A stretch of 64,000 nucleotides of DNA, taken from the NCBI GenBank assembly GCA_965113315.1, contig OZ220363.1; one strand, given 5' to 3'. The translations under genes were made by a program, and so were the position numbers. Source of the DNA: Podarcis vaucheri (lineage: Eukaryota). This document shows positions 13,836 through 23,787 of this stretch, one piece after another. A model generated the notes under the pieces. That model saw only the letters and a program-made list of their open reading frames with translations, was not told the DNA's origin and did no database searches. The stretch's first letter is position 1; every line of letters starts with the position of its first letter.

Positions 13836-13984
13836 GTTCCAGTAACAAGAAGCCGAAAGCACCAGCCTGAAGATGACGAGTGAGACCTCGTCGAAACGTC
13901 GCACAGACACCCCGACTCTTACACGGGAAGACACCCGAAGACACCAAAACCTGCATTCCTGTACCCGTGAAAATCTACGAAAGC
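13836..13984 (+). mobile_element. Penelope-like element (PLE) terminal (pLTR) fragment inserted in an (AT)n tract
   Basis: Signature CCTGAAGATG...CGAAACGTCG followed by ...CCCGTGAAAATCTACGAAAG. CpG-rich, and flanked by (AT)n on both sides. Confidence 0.78.
13865..13902 (+). ncRNA. Minimal type-I hammerhead ribozyme motif (PLE-associated)
   Basis: CUGAAGA (13867-73), an extra U, stem II GACGAG/CUCGUC with a 6-nt loop, GAAA (13893-96), palindromic ACGU mini stem III, and GUC cleavage triplet ending at 13900. Stem I has only 2 bp. Confidence 0.65.

Positions 13985-14012
<28 letters not shown>
13985..14012. repeat. (AT)14 microsatellite
   Basis: Direct reading. Confidence 0.95.
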
Positions 14013-14015
<3 letters not shown>

Positions 14016-14170
14016 TGAGTCTGGAGTGTATTAATAGGAAGCGTTGATTAAAAAAGAATTAGCTCCATAATCCTACTAGTTATACTTCTAACAATATTAT
14101 TTTAAGACAATTAATTCATATTTTTAAATAATGAAATTACCAGCATAAGACGCTAAACTTCTTTAGTATA

Positions 14171-14302
14171 NNNNNNNNNNNNNNNNNNNNNNNNNNNNNN
14201 NNNNNNNNNNNNNNNNNNNNNNNNNNNNNNNNNNNNNNNNNNNNNNNNNNNNNNNNNNNNNNNNNNNNNNNNNNNNNNNNNNNNNNNNNNNNNNNNNNNN
14301 NN
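14171..14302. other. N-gap (132 nt)
   Basis: Run of N. Confidence 0.99.
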
Positions 14303-14329
14303 ATCTGCATCAAGAACATGCTACTTTCT

Positions 14330-15799
14330 TTGATGTACTGTCTTATTGGAAACCTAATTTGCTTTCAACCTCGGAGACAACACATAGCATAAGTTTGTGT
14401 GACTAATTTTCTTGGAAATGTGAGTAATTAGAAATAAGGGACCATCTCCCTAAGCCAGGGAATGGACAGTGTTTCAAATTCAGAATAAATGTTTGCACTG
14501 CGAGTTATTTCCTCTCCTCCTTTGAGCTGTCTGCTACAAAAGAGAACTAGAGAAAGAGAGAGAGACGCACGCAAGGCTCTGTGCAGGCAAGGAGAAGAAA
14601 GAACATCGGCCCCCGTGTAAACGGCGAACTACTACAGCGAAGTACAGAAAGGTTTATTACCTGAGGTGAGCACTCCCGGGGCTCCCGGAGTATAAAAGCA
14701 TTAGGCGTATGTTCTGAGCGAGTAATAAAAATCAATAAACAGGAACCCCCCACCTGTGCTATGGCCCCAGTGTTAGGTTTTATACATGTAGTAATAGTGC
14801 ATATCGGTTTTCACCCACCCTTCTCGTTCTAGCCTATTCCAAGACCTACGGCCACCGGAGGGATTGCTGGAGCAACACCATTCATTCCTCGGAGTTGTCT
14901 AGATGCCAGATCCATTGCATCATTGTCAGTTTTATTCTATCTACAACTGGACAAGGCGGCAGCCCCGGCTCCTATCCACCCACTCAGCACTGCAACAATT
15001 GGAAACTGTGTTCTGCTGCTTAAAGAGTTTACAAGCCCTCTGAAAGAAAACAGAACAGTTGCATATTAATGCGTGCGACAAGCCCCCTGAAAGATCACAT
15101 AATAGAGAGCCGGGGGGGAAACCAGGCTGGGGGTGGGGTGGAGGGTTGCGGGAGTTGAAGGGGGGGGGAGTGCAATGAATATGTGATGCTGTCCAGCTGC
15201 TGCGGAGTGCATCTCAGCCTGTTATGTTTTTAAATAAATTCACGATAAACATCGATATTCCAAATGTATCGAGTTTCTGCAGCAACTGGGCTCTCTAATT
15301 GCTATGAAGTATAGCTAGCACAGGTCACCCGGTTGTTACACTGGTGTAGTGGTATTTGCTAAAATCAAAGTCTGCAGAGGCAGTATCTCTGCCAGGTTAC
15401 AAAAATAACTACTAAATCACACTTACGTTATAATTAAAGAGAATGCCCCCAATAAGGCAGGAAAGAGTGTGAGCGTAAACCTTTGCCATATATCTTTTTG
15501 CTGTTCATTAATCTATGGAAATAAGGGTGGCAGGTTTATTTAAATACCACGGGAACCATGGAAATTAGTTACTTTTCATTTTTTTATTTTTTAAAAAATC
15601 AGGAAACGATGTGTGATGTTTCATCTTATGGCCTTCTGTATGTGTGTTGATTTTTTTTTTAAAAAAAAGAGTAAGGCTTCTAATTATGATCCAAAGATGA
15701 CCATTGCTCATTTGGGCCAGTAATGAGAAACATTTGAGTGTGGGAGCTTTGATAGTGAAATAAGCATGATCTGAGTGTAGTTTCCTTTCATGAAAGGGA

Positions 15800-15845
<46 letters not shown>

Positions 15846-16700
15846 CTCCAGAATGGCTATAGCTTTAATAGAGCAGAGAAAAGGAAGGCCCTTGACTGTG
15901 ACCCCATTCCCCCCTCTCCAGCAAAAAAAAAGAGAGAGAAAGAGAGCTTTATCTATCAGAGGTGGCCTCTGATAGGGCTCACACCACGGAAGTATCAATT
16001 GTGAGTACTTAAAGCCCCATCACTCAGGAGCATAAAAATAGAATAAAGTTGTGCAGCAAATGGGAAATTATGATATAACTCAAGTGCAGCAACAGGCAGC
16101 ATGAATAACCTGAACATTCTCCAGACTTTAGTCCTCCTCCCCCCTCCTTGCCACACAGACACCCTGCTGTCACCACCGCCTCGCTCAGCCACCACAGGCA
16201 AGGACAAATGCAAAGTGCATTTGCAGTGAGTTACTTCCACCGAGGTGTTACTATCCACAAACTTTTTCGGTGACATCTTCCGAGACAAACGTTGCGCGAA
16301 AGCTGGAGACATTTTAAGCAGCGGAAACCGAGCAAGGCAGCTGAAGTTGCGAACAGCTGGCATTCAATAGATAATTTAAGGAAAAGTGACCCTTCTGTAT
16401 GATTTTTAACTAAGGAACTGTCAGGCCACATTACTTTCAATAGGGATGGCCACCGTGGAAATAACTTTATACAGGGGTATTCCATTAGTGTAGTTTTCCA
16501 AAGTGTGGCTTTTTGAAAGCTGGGGAAGTTGGCGTAGCTTTTTCAGAGGGGCCGCATCCGGAAATCGCAATAGGGAAACAGGTGCTGATTTGAAATCAGT
16601 CAAGGTGCATTATTGGGGAATACATATCCAAAGCTGGAGATAAACGATGAATGCATAACCAACACTGCCCTTTCTCAGAAGTGTGGCATTTAAAATATAT
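14330..16700. promoter_or_regulatory. Putative regulatory / conserved non-coding cluster
   Basis: No recognisable transposon over about 2.4 kb, retained CpGs (14560-14720, 16230-16570), clustered Hox13/Cdx-type sites (TTTATTAC 14653, GTAATAAA 14722, CAATAAA 14733) and TATAAAAG at 14691. Inference only. Confidence 0.45.
15802..15843. repeat. (GA)21 microsatellite
   Basis: Direct reading. Confidence 0.95.
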
Positions 16701-16978
16701 CGGCATACTTATTATTATTTTTTAAAGATATTCCTGGTAAATATCCTGGCCTGCAACACCTGAGAGATAACGTATATATTTTAGGACTCACCCTGTTCCC
16801 TTGACTCTCATTTTTTAAAAACTGTTTTGATATTGTATTTTAAAATTATTGTAAGCTACCCTTGGTGGGAAATAAATCTAAATTTAAAAAATGATAACAG
16901 CTATGTTATTCCATGTTAAAATGCAAAGCCTTCTTGTTAAGATATGTAACCAAAGGGAAAGGGGGAAAGGATGAGAAT

Positions 16979-16983
<5 letters not shown>

Positions 16984-17019
<36 letters not shown>
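16984..17019. repeat. (GA)18 microsatellite
   Basis: Direct reading. Confidence 0.95.
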
Positions 17020-17021
<2 letters not shown>

Positions 17022-17246
17022 CAAGTACAGCCACGTTATGCTACACATAGTTCAGGTTCCAATCCGGTGTTCTAACAGCCACCCTAAAGCCTAGTGTTGC
17101 TAGATGTCATGTTATCATCATAAGGTTGACAACATGACCACTGTTTCATGACTTGGCAACTTCCGTTACTCTCAGTGCTGCCCTTTTCTTACATTGATGC
17201 AGACACCTTGCACAGGCTTAAAGTAAATACTTTTAGAAATTATTTA

Positions 17247-17446
17247 NNNNNNNNNNNNNNNNNNNNNNNNNNNNNNNNNNNNNNNNNNNNNNNNNNNNNN
17301 NNNNNNNNNNNNNNNNNNNNNNNNNNNNNNNNNNNNNNNNNNNNNNNNNNNNNNNNNNNNNNNNNNNNNNNNNNNNNNNNNNNNNNNNNNNNNNNNNNNN
17401 NNNNNNNNNNNNNNNNNNNNNNNNNNNNNNNNNNNNNNNNNNNNNN
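17247..17446. other. N-gap (200 nt), adjoining an L2 relic
   Basis: Run of N. Confidence 0.99.
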
Positions 17447-17670
17447 TTAAAAGTAAAAAACATGATCTTGAAATGATCCTGGAAGCAAACTGGCAACCAA
17501 TATACCTGTTGCAAGATCAATGTGATGTGATATGATATGAAAGACTTGCTTCACTAAGAACCCTGGCAGCTATATTCTGAAATGAATAAAGCTTCTGGAC
17601 TGTCTTCAAGGACAGCCCAAAATAAAGTACACGACAGTAGTCTAATCTGGAGTTACTGGAGCATTAGAGA
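17447..17670 (-). mobile_element. Old degraded L2 ORF2 fragment
   Basis: Translation ILQQVYWLPVCFQDHFKIMFFTF is homologous to VLKDLHWLPVRFRAQFKVLVLTF of the 8191 copy. CAGTAGTCTAATCTGGAGTTAC encodes an SRLDYC-type motif on the minus strand. Confidence 0.75.
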
Positions 17671-19944
17671 CTTTAAGCATAGAAGTAGCAAGGTCTTACC
17701 AAAACAAATGTATGCAGAAGGCTTACCAAATTCAAGGGACTTTACTTCCTAGCCAGGATGCTCAGAAACATACATTTACATGCACCAGATCAAATTCCCT
17801 TCACATATAAGCTGCCACAGAGATACTACTGTAGTCTCTTTACAGACGATAATGTAGGACATTTTAGACAAGTCCTCTCCTAACTGTTAACATGAGAGAA
17901 GTCAGGGTTAACCCTTGACTTCCAATCTGTTATGATGGCTAGGCCACATTTTGATGTATTTGCTGTATATACCTAAAAGCCTGAATCTGGCAACCATAAT
18001 ACTTTTCATGTGAAACAATCCTATTGAATCAACAGGTATACTGGCACTGATTTACATTAGTCAATGTGACTGAAAATAGGTAACTCCTGCCCCAAGACAG
18101 GATATCATTTAAAGAAATAAAGATTTATACTAATAGTGACAACCCTGTAAATCAAAGTCAACTAATTTGACAACAAAGCTGAGACTTATAGGTATCATAG
18201 AATGGCCTTTACTAAACACTATATTACAAGCAATCATTAGCCCAGCTATAAAAAGCTTTAAATACTAATGCATTTTTTAAAATTTTCTCTTATATCCTAA
18301 ACAAGTAATCAATGCACATTAATAAACATAATTGTTTTTTTGGCATTTGTCCATTCAGTTGGTTCACTTTGTCAGCTCCAGCAAACACATCGGTAAAATT
18401 CAGTAACCACAACACACAAGGAGGGAACACCATCAATGCCTTCTGCAATATTGCATAATGTATTGAATTACTCAGCTGATCCCACTGTTGGCAGATGGAA
18501 ACCTCTGAGGTTTGCCATATTGTTTTCTCATGCCATGCGTGTTTGGAGCAATGCTTGTGATGCCTCGTGGCTGATTCACACAACCAAAATCAGCTGGCTT
18601 CAAAGTTCTAAGCATACCAAGATCCCTGAATTTTCGAGTGCATTTTCCTGCATCTCCCAGATAGCCAATGGCTGTGTGAAGAGGCTTCTAATCTGCAAAT
18701 GTTATTCTAGTCTCAAGTACCCATGGGGAGGGGGAGATGAATGAAGTTGCCTTTGATAAGGTGAGTTGACAAGATAAGCCAGAGAGTTGCTTTTTAAAAG
18801 CAAATATGTACAGAGTCAATGAATACTGTCGTTATACCAAGTCCTACGAAGTAATCATCAGTGCCTGGTCACTTGTAAACACTTCCTTTAGTTTTTTGTT
18901 ATCTTTTGCCAAAGGATTATAATTAGCAGGATTTTTTTGTGCTTCATCTTCTAGTCAGTACACCAGTTTCACCTATTCCTAGGCCGTGTTCACACTAGGT
19001 GGTAAATCCTGTATCAGGACTACACTACGTCACCACATACCAACCTAGCATCTTCTAAGGCACCCATCTCTCTGACACACTAGTTGTCAATGTAGTGGAA
19101 TATTCTTTTAATGAATTAGCAATCCATCGTGTGAATCCCCACTGGAGTGATACACCGAAGACAGAGTAGGGGCGATGAGGCCTGAGTGGCTAAGTTCCAA
19201 GCAAGATCATGTAGTGGCCTTTATGTCACTGCCTTGCTGTTTGCTAAGGGTTTCCTAGCATTCACTCATAGGTAGGCTGTAGGATTTGCCTCAGGAATTG
19301 CAGCACTGTGAGGTCACATCCACACCTTACATTTAAGGCCCATGGCTTCCACCAAAGAATGCCGGGAACTGTAATTTGAAATCTGACTATCTAAAAATAT
19401 ACTTTTGACTGAAGAGGCAATGCATCAGAGAAGACCCTTAAAAGAACAGCTTACTGGTGGCTCTCATATCGCCAGCTTCTGTACTAGTGACCCGAGAAAC
19501 CCCCAAAATGAAAGTAAGCTACTCAAGAGAAACTAGGCAGATCAGTAATTCCTCCTGACACTACTCTTTGTTGAGTCTCAAGGTAACTGTAAAAAATTTA
19601 CTTCTAACTGGTCAGTTGACTCTACAGAAGGAAACAAAAGGAAGAAAGGTCCAGTGACAGAAATGGAAACTTCCTATGCAAAACGCTTTGTCACATGAAG
19701 GAAATATATTGCAATTACTGAAATATGAGTAGCATAGGGAGGCCAAAATGGTATCTTCCTTTGATGTGCCAAAAAATACGTGAAAATGTGAATAAAAGGT
19801 AACTTATTCAGTGTCAGTCTTACATATTTATAGTTTAAAAATTAGTCAAAGTTTATGTCCTGAGGTTGCACCTACAGGAAGCCAGATGTGTGCCTTCTGC
19901 ATGTGACCTAAGACAGGCCTGAAGCAAAAACTAGATAATTTCTC

Positions 19945-20236
19945 NNNNNNNNNNNNNNNNNNNNNNNNNNNNNNNNNNNNNNNNNNNNNNNNNNNNNNNN
20001 NNNNNNNNNNNNNNNNNNNNNNNNNNNNNNNNNNNNNNNNNNNNNNNNNNNNNNNNNNNNNNNNNNNNNNNNNNNNNNNNNNNNNNNNNNNNNNNNNNNN
20101 NNNNNNNNNNNNNNNNNNNNNNNNNNNNNNNNNNNNNNNNNNNNNNNNNNNNNNNNNNNNNNNNNNNNNNNNNNNNNNNNNNNNNNNNNNNNNNNNNNNN
20201 NNNNNNNNNNNNNNNNNNNNNNNNNNNNNNNNNNNN
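19945..20236. other. N-gap (292 nt)
   Basis: Run of N. Confidence 0.99.
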
Positions 20237-20527
20237 TAACTATCAGCATGCCAGCTTACTGAATTTAGCTGTAAGACAGTTATTCCCTCTACTGTGCTCC
20301 CCCCCTTTTTATTCCAAGAAAAAGAAACCCTAGCGTTCCAAACCTCCCAAGTTTTAAAATTAAAGGTAATAAAGGAGGGGAAGAGGTGGAGCAAAACTGG
20401 AAAGTTTCATGAGGTGGTGGTGCACAGAACCTTTCAAGCTGCAGCAAAACAAAAGCAAAACAACAACAAAAACCCTCACAAAAAAGTCCCTATGTTTTAG
20501 GTCTGTTGCGACACAAATGTGTCTGTA

Positions 20528-20528
<1 letters not shown>

Positions 20529-20568
<40 letters not shown>
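20529..20568. repeat. (TG)20 microsatellite
   Basis: Direct reading. Confidence 0.95.
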
Positions 20569-20571
<3 letters not shown>

Positions 20572-21670
20572 TCTCTCTGAATACACACTTGTTGGCATCT
20601 GCACACTTCTATACACTCAGAATGCCCCGAACACAATTATTCTTATTTAGCATTCGTCCAGCTTCTGACTTAGCTCGCATGCTGAATCTTCCCCTTCACA
20701 ACTGTCGCCTGATAATCAAGCCAGTGCTGTATTAATAAGCTGTATAATAAGGGAATTTCAGAAATGTACAGGACTATTATACCGTAACAATAAAAACTCA
20801 AACTGAGTAAACCAGAGCGGCGTTGAAGGTAGGCGTTTGGAAAAGAATGAAACCAGTGTTACAGTAATGCCCTCCATTGTATGCCAGTGTAAATGCCTGC
20901 TTCTTTCATACACAGAAGCCACATTACATGAGTCCGAAATGTTCTCAGAGCATCACTGTGACTGGTTGTGATAGAACCTGGCACGGGCAAGCACTGAAAG
21001 CTGACATTATACTGTAGGATGTGCTGCAGGTGTGCGGGCCTGCGAACGTGCTCTAATTACATATTTTCCTGCAGAGCAACAATTAAGGTCGCCAAAATAA
21101 TTGCCAGTTTCTTAATCCCTCTCTAACAAGACTGACATAAGGAACGGTTTATTTTTCTCTGGTTATTTGGAAAGCATTCCTCAAGATTTTGGTTCTTCCA
21201 TCACGCTTCATCAAAACCTAATTCTTAGGTTCCAGTGTGTGATTATACCCATTGTTGTTGTTTTTCCTCCCTCTTAAAGCCTCTGTGAATTCGATTGTAA
21301 CTAAAATTGTGCAGAAAAATGGGCAGTGCTTCACACAGCACACTGTTCTAACATTTCATCTGGTTTTAAAAAGGGGGGGTGCATATTTGCCTCTTGTACG
21401 TTAGAGAATCTGATCCACACTTCCAACAACCTTATTACAACTTAGAAAGATTTTTTTTTGGATCTGGCATTTGCACATCGAATATTCAAGAATGCCCAGG
21501 ACCTGGCCTGAACCTCTCTGTTTCAAACAAATTTTGTCAAGACTGTTAGCCATATTCCTTGCAACTATTAAGTTTTCTCTGTGTGGTGGCTGTTTATTTC
21601 TTCAAGTTCCTGATAACAAAAAGAAGAAAAAACATCTGAGGCAAAAAAGGCATGTGCTCAGTTGCTTATA

Positions 21671-21995
21671 CAGTGGTGCCTCGCAAGATGAAAATAATCC
21701 GTTCTGTGATTCTCTTCGTCTAGCGGTTTTTTCGTCTTGCGAAGCAAGCCTATTGACGGATTAGCGGATTAGCGCTATTAGCGGCTTTTAGCGGCTTATC
21801 TGCTGATCTGATCAGCTGATAAGCGGCTTAGCGGCTTAGAAAAGGGGGGGGAACCAGCAGGAACTCGCAAGACATTTTCGTCTTGCGAAGCAAGCCCATA
21901 GGAAATTCATTTTGCGAAGCACATCCAAAACGGAAAACCCTTTCATCTAGCGGGTTTTCCGTCTTGCGAGGCATTCGTCTTGCGGGGCACCACTG
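21671..21995. mobile_element. Tigger/pogo-like MITE, family B (325 bp)
   Basis: TA|CAGTGGTGCCTCGCAAGATGAA ... TTCGTCTTGCGGGGCACCACTG|TA. Internal repeats of CGTCTTGCG and TTAGCGG. Confidence 0.9.
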
Positions 21996-21997
21996 TA

Positions 21998-22470
21998 GTT
22001 CCAAACGACATTGGGTTACTATATATTACAGGGCCGGATTTAATGTTTTGAAACTAGTATTTAAAGCACACAAAGGCTCGGGATTGAAATACACGAAATA
22101 GTGCTTTTTCCAATATGTACTGGCCTGTGCCTTGTTGGGGTCCTACCTTTTGCTAGAGGTATGTTTTGCAATTACTTAGGAGAGGGCTTTCTCCGCAGTG
22201 GCTCCCTGACTGTGGAACTGCCTCTCTTTGGCAGTTCAATCATCCCCATCATTGGCAATCGTTCAGCATCAGCTGGAGGCACTTTTACTCAGTCAGTCTG
22301 AGTATTAATGGGGGCCATGTCAGACATCAGAATGCTACATAATTATTAAGCTGTTTATTGTACATAATGTTTTGATTCTGATTTTACAATTTTTTGCTGT
22401 AGCTTATGGATTCTTTATTGTGATCTGTTTGGACAAAGGATAGCATAGAAATAAAAATAATAAATAAAAA
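21998..22470 (+). mobile_element. Old L2 3' fragment
   Basis: RHWVTIYYRAGFNVLKLVFKAHKGSGLKY resembles LHWLPVRFRAQFKVLVLTFKALNGFGPVY. AGGGCTTTCTCCGCAGTGGCTCCCTGACTGTGGAAC resembles RAFSVVAPxLWN. A-rich tail at about 22450-22470. Confidence 0.7.
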
Positions 22471-22473
22471 TGT

Positions 22474-23124
22474 TTGTGGTCCCCAAACTTCACACCCTGC
22501 TACAGATCACTTGAAAATGGCTGATGGTCTTGATCAGGGATAGGCAACCTAAGGCCCGTGGGCCGGATGCGGCCCAATCACCTTCTCAATCCGGCCCGCG
22601 GACGGTCTGGGAATCAGTGTGTTTTTACATGAGTAGAATGTGTGCTTTTATTTAAAATGCATCTCTTGGTTATTTGTGGGGCATAGGAATTCATTCACCC
22701 CCCAAAAAAAATATAGTCCAGTCCACCACATGGTCTGAGGGATGGTGGATCGGCCCACGGCTGAAAAATGTTGCTGACCCCTGGTCTTGATGGACCACTT
22801 ATTGTTTTTTTTTCTGCCTGTTGTAATGTGGTGTGCTAGATTCTGTATTATTTTTAATTGGTTTTTATTGCTTCTTTTATTTCTTACATTGCATTTTATA
22901 GCGTTGCCGTTTGAATTCCAACATAAAATGCAACAATAAATAATAAGGCACAATATGAGAAATGAAAGAAGCAATAAAAACACAATTAAAAATCAATACG
23001 AATACTTAACATGCTGCACCCACCGTTCCCCCCCTCTGCTCCCCCTTTACAGACACCCCTCAGGCCACCTGAATGAAGCTCACAGACCACTGGTGGTCCA
23101 CAGACCACAGTTTGGTAACCTCTT
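22474..23124. mobile_element. Older hAT-Charlie-like non-autonomous element hosting a younger hAT insertion
   Basis: Degenerate ends GTGGTCCCCAAACT / AGTTTGGTAACCTC, GACCAC subterminal repeats, and an internal long AT-rich inverted repeat at 22845-22999. Confidence 0.6.
22535..22783. mobile_element. hAT-Charlie-like MITE (249 bp)
   Basis: Ends CAGGGATAGGCAAC / GTTGCTGACCCCTG. Perfect 8-bp TSD GTCTTGAT (22527-22534, 22784-22791). GGCCCG subterminal motifs. Confidence 0.9.
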
Positions 23125-23621
23125 CTCTATAAGGTCGCTGTGGCATCTGTTAAATTTGAAGTAAGTGGTAACCCAAACACAGATTCACTACTGATGCTAG
23201 TGGATACAGAGACGTATACCAACTGAGCCTAACAGCTTGTCCATCCTCCCATTTGTGCCGTGCCTAGCAAGCATGGTTAGAGCCATGTTGTGCTGGACCC
23301 ATACTTTCTAAGCATGGGCCTGAGTGGTCTTCCCCTTGCCCCACTCCTTTATAAGGCAAGACCTAGTCTTCAGCGATAGATCAGAACAAATGTCAATCTG
23401 GGGGAACCCCGAGTTGCCGTTTGCTCCGATTGAGCACTAAAGAGCATTTTCCCCAGGGAAACAAGAGGGGGTGTGGATAAGCCCTAAAAGAGGCTCTTGG
23501 TGCTGGCACTGACTCTCATATTGTCATTTAGTAAAGCAGTCAGAAAAAGTTATATGAATCAGGCCAACTGCACCCACATCAAATTGCCTCTCAGAAAAGG
23601 TGAGCTTGTAAGAGTACTGAC

Positions 23622-23787
23622 CAGTGGTGTAGCGTGGGGGGTGCAGGAGGGCCCAGCCGCACCGGGTGCAACATCTGGGGGTGCGCGCTCGCACTCGCAG
23701 CTCTCTGCCCCCTGCTAAAATCCACGGGTTAGGAGGCGCAAATTACTTGCCTTGCCGCGGGTGCTGACAACCCACGCTACGCCACTG
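23622..23787. mobile_element. hAT (Tip100-like) MITE (166 bp)
   Basis: 17-bp TIRs CAGTGGTGTAGCGTGGG / CCCACGCTACGCCACTG. TSD GTACTGAC / ATACTGAC. Confidence 0.88.
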
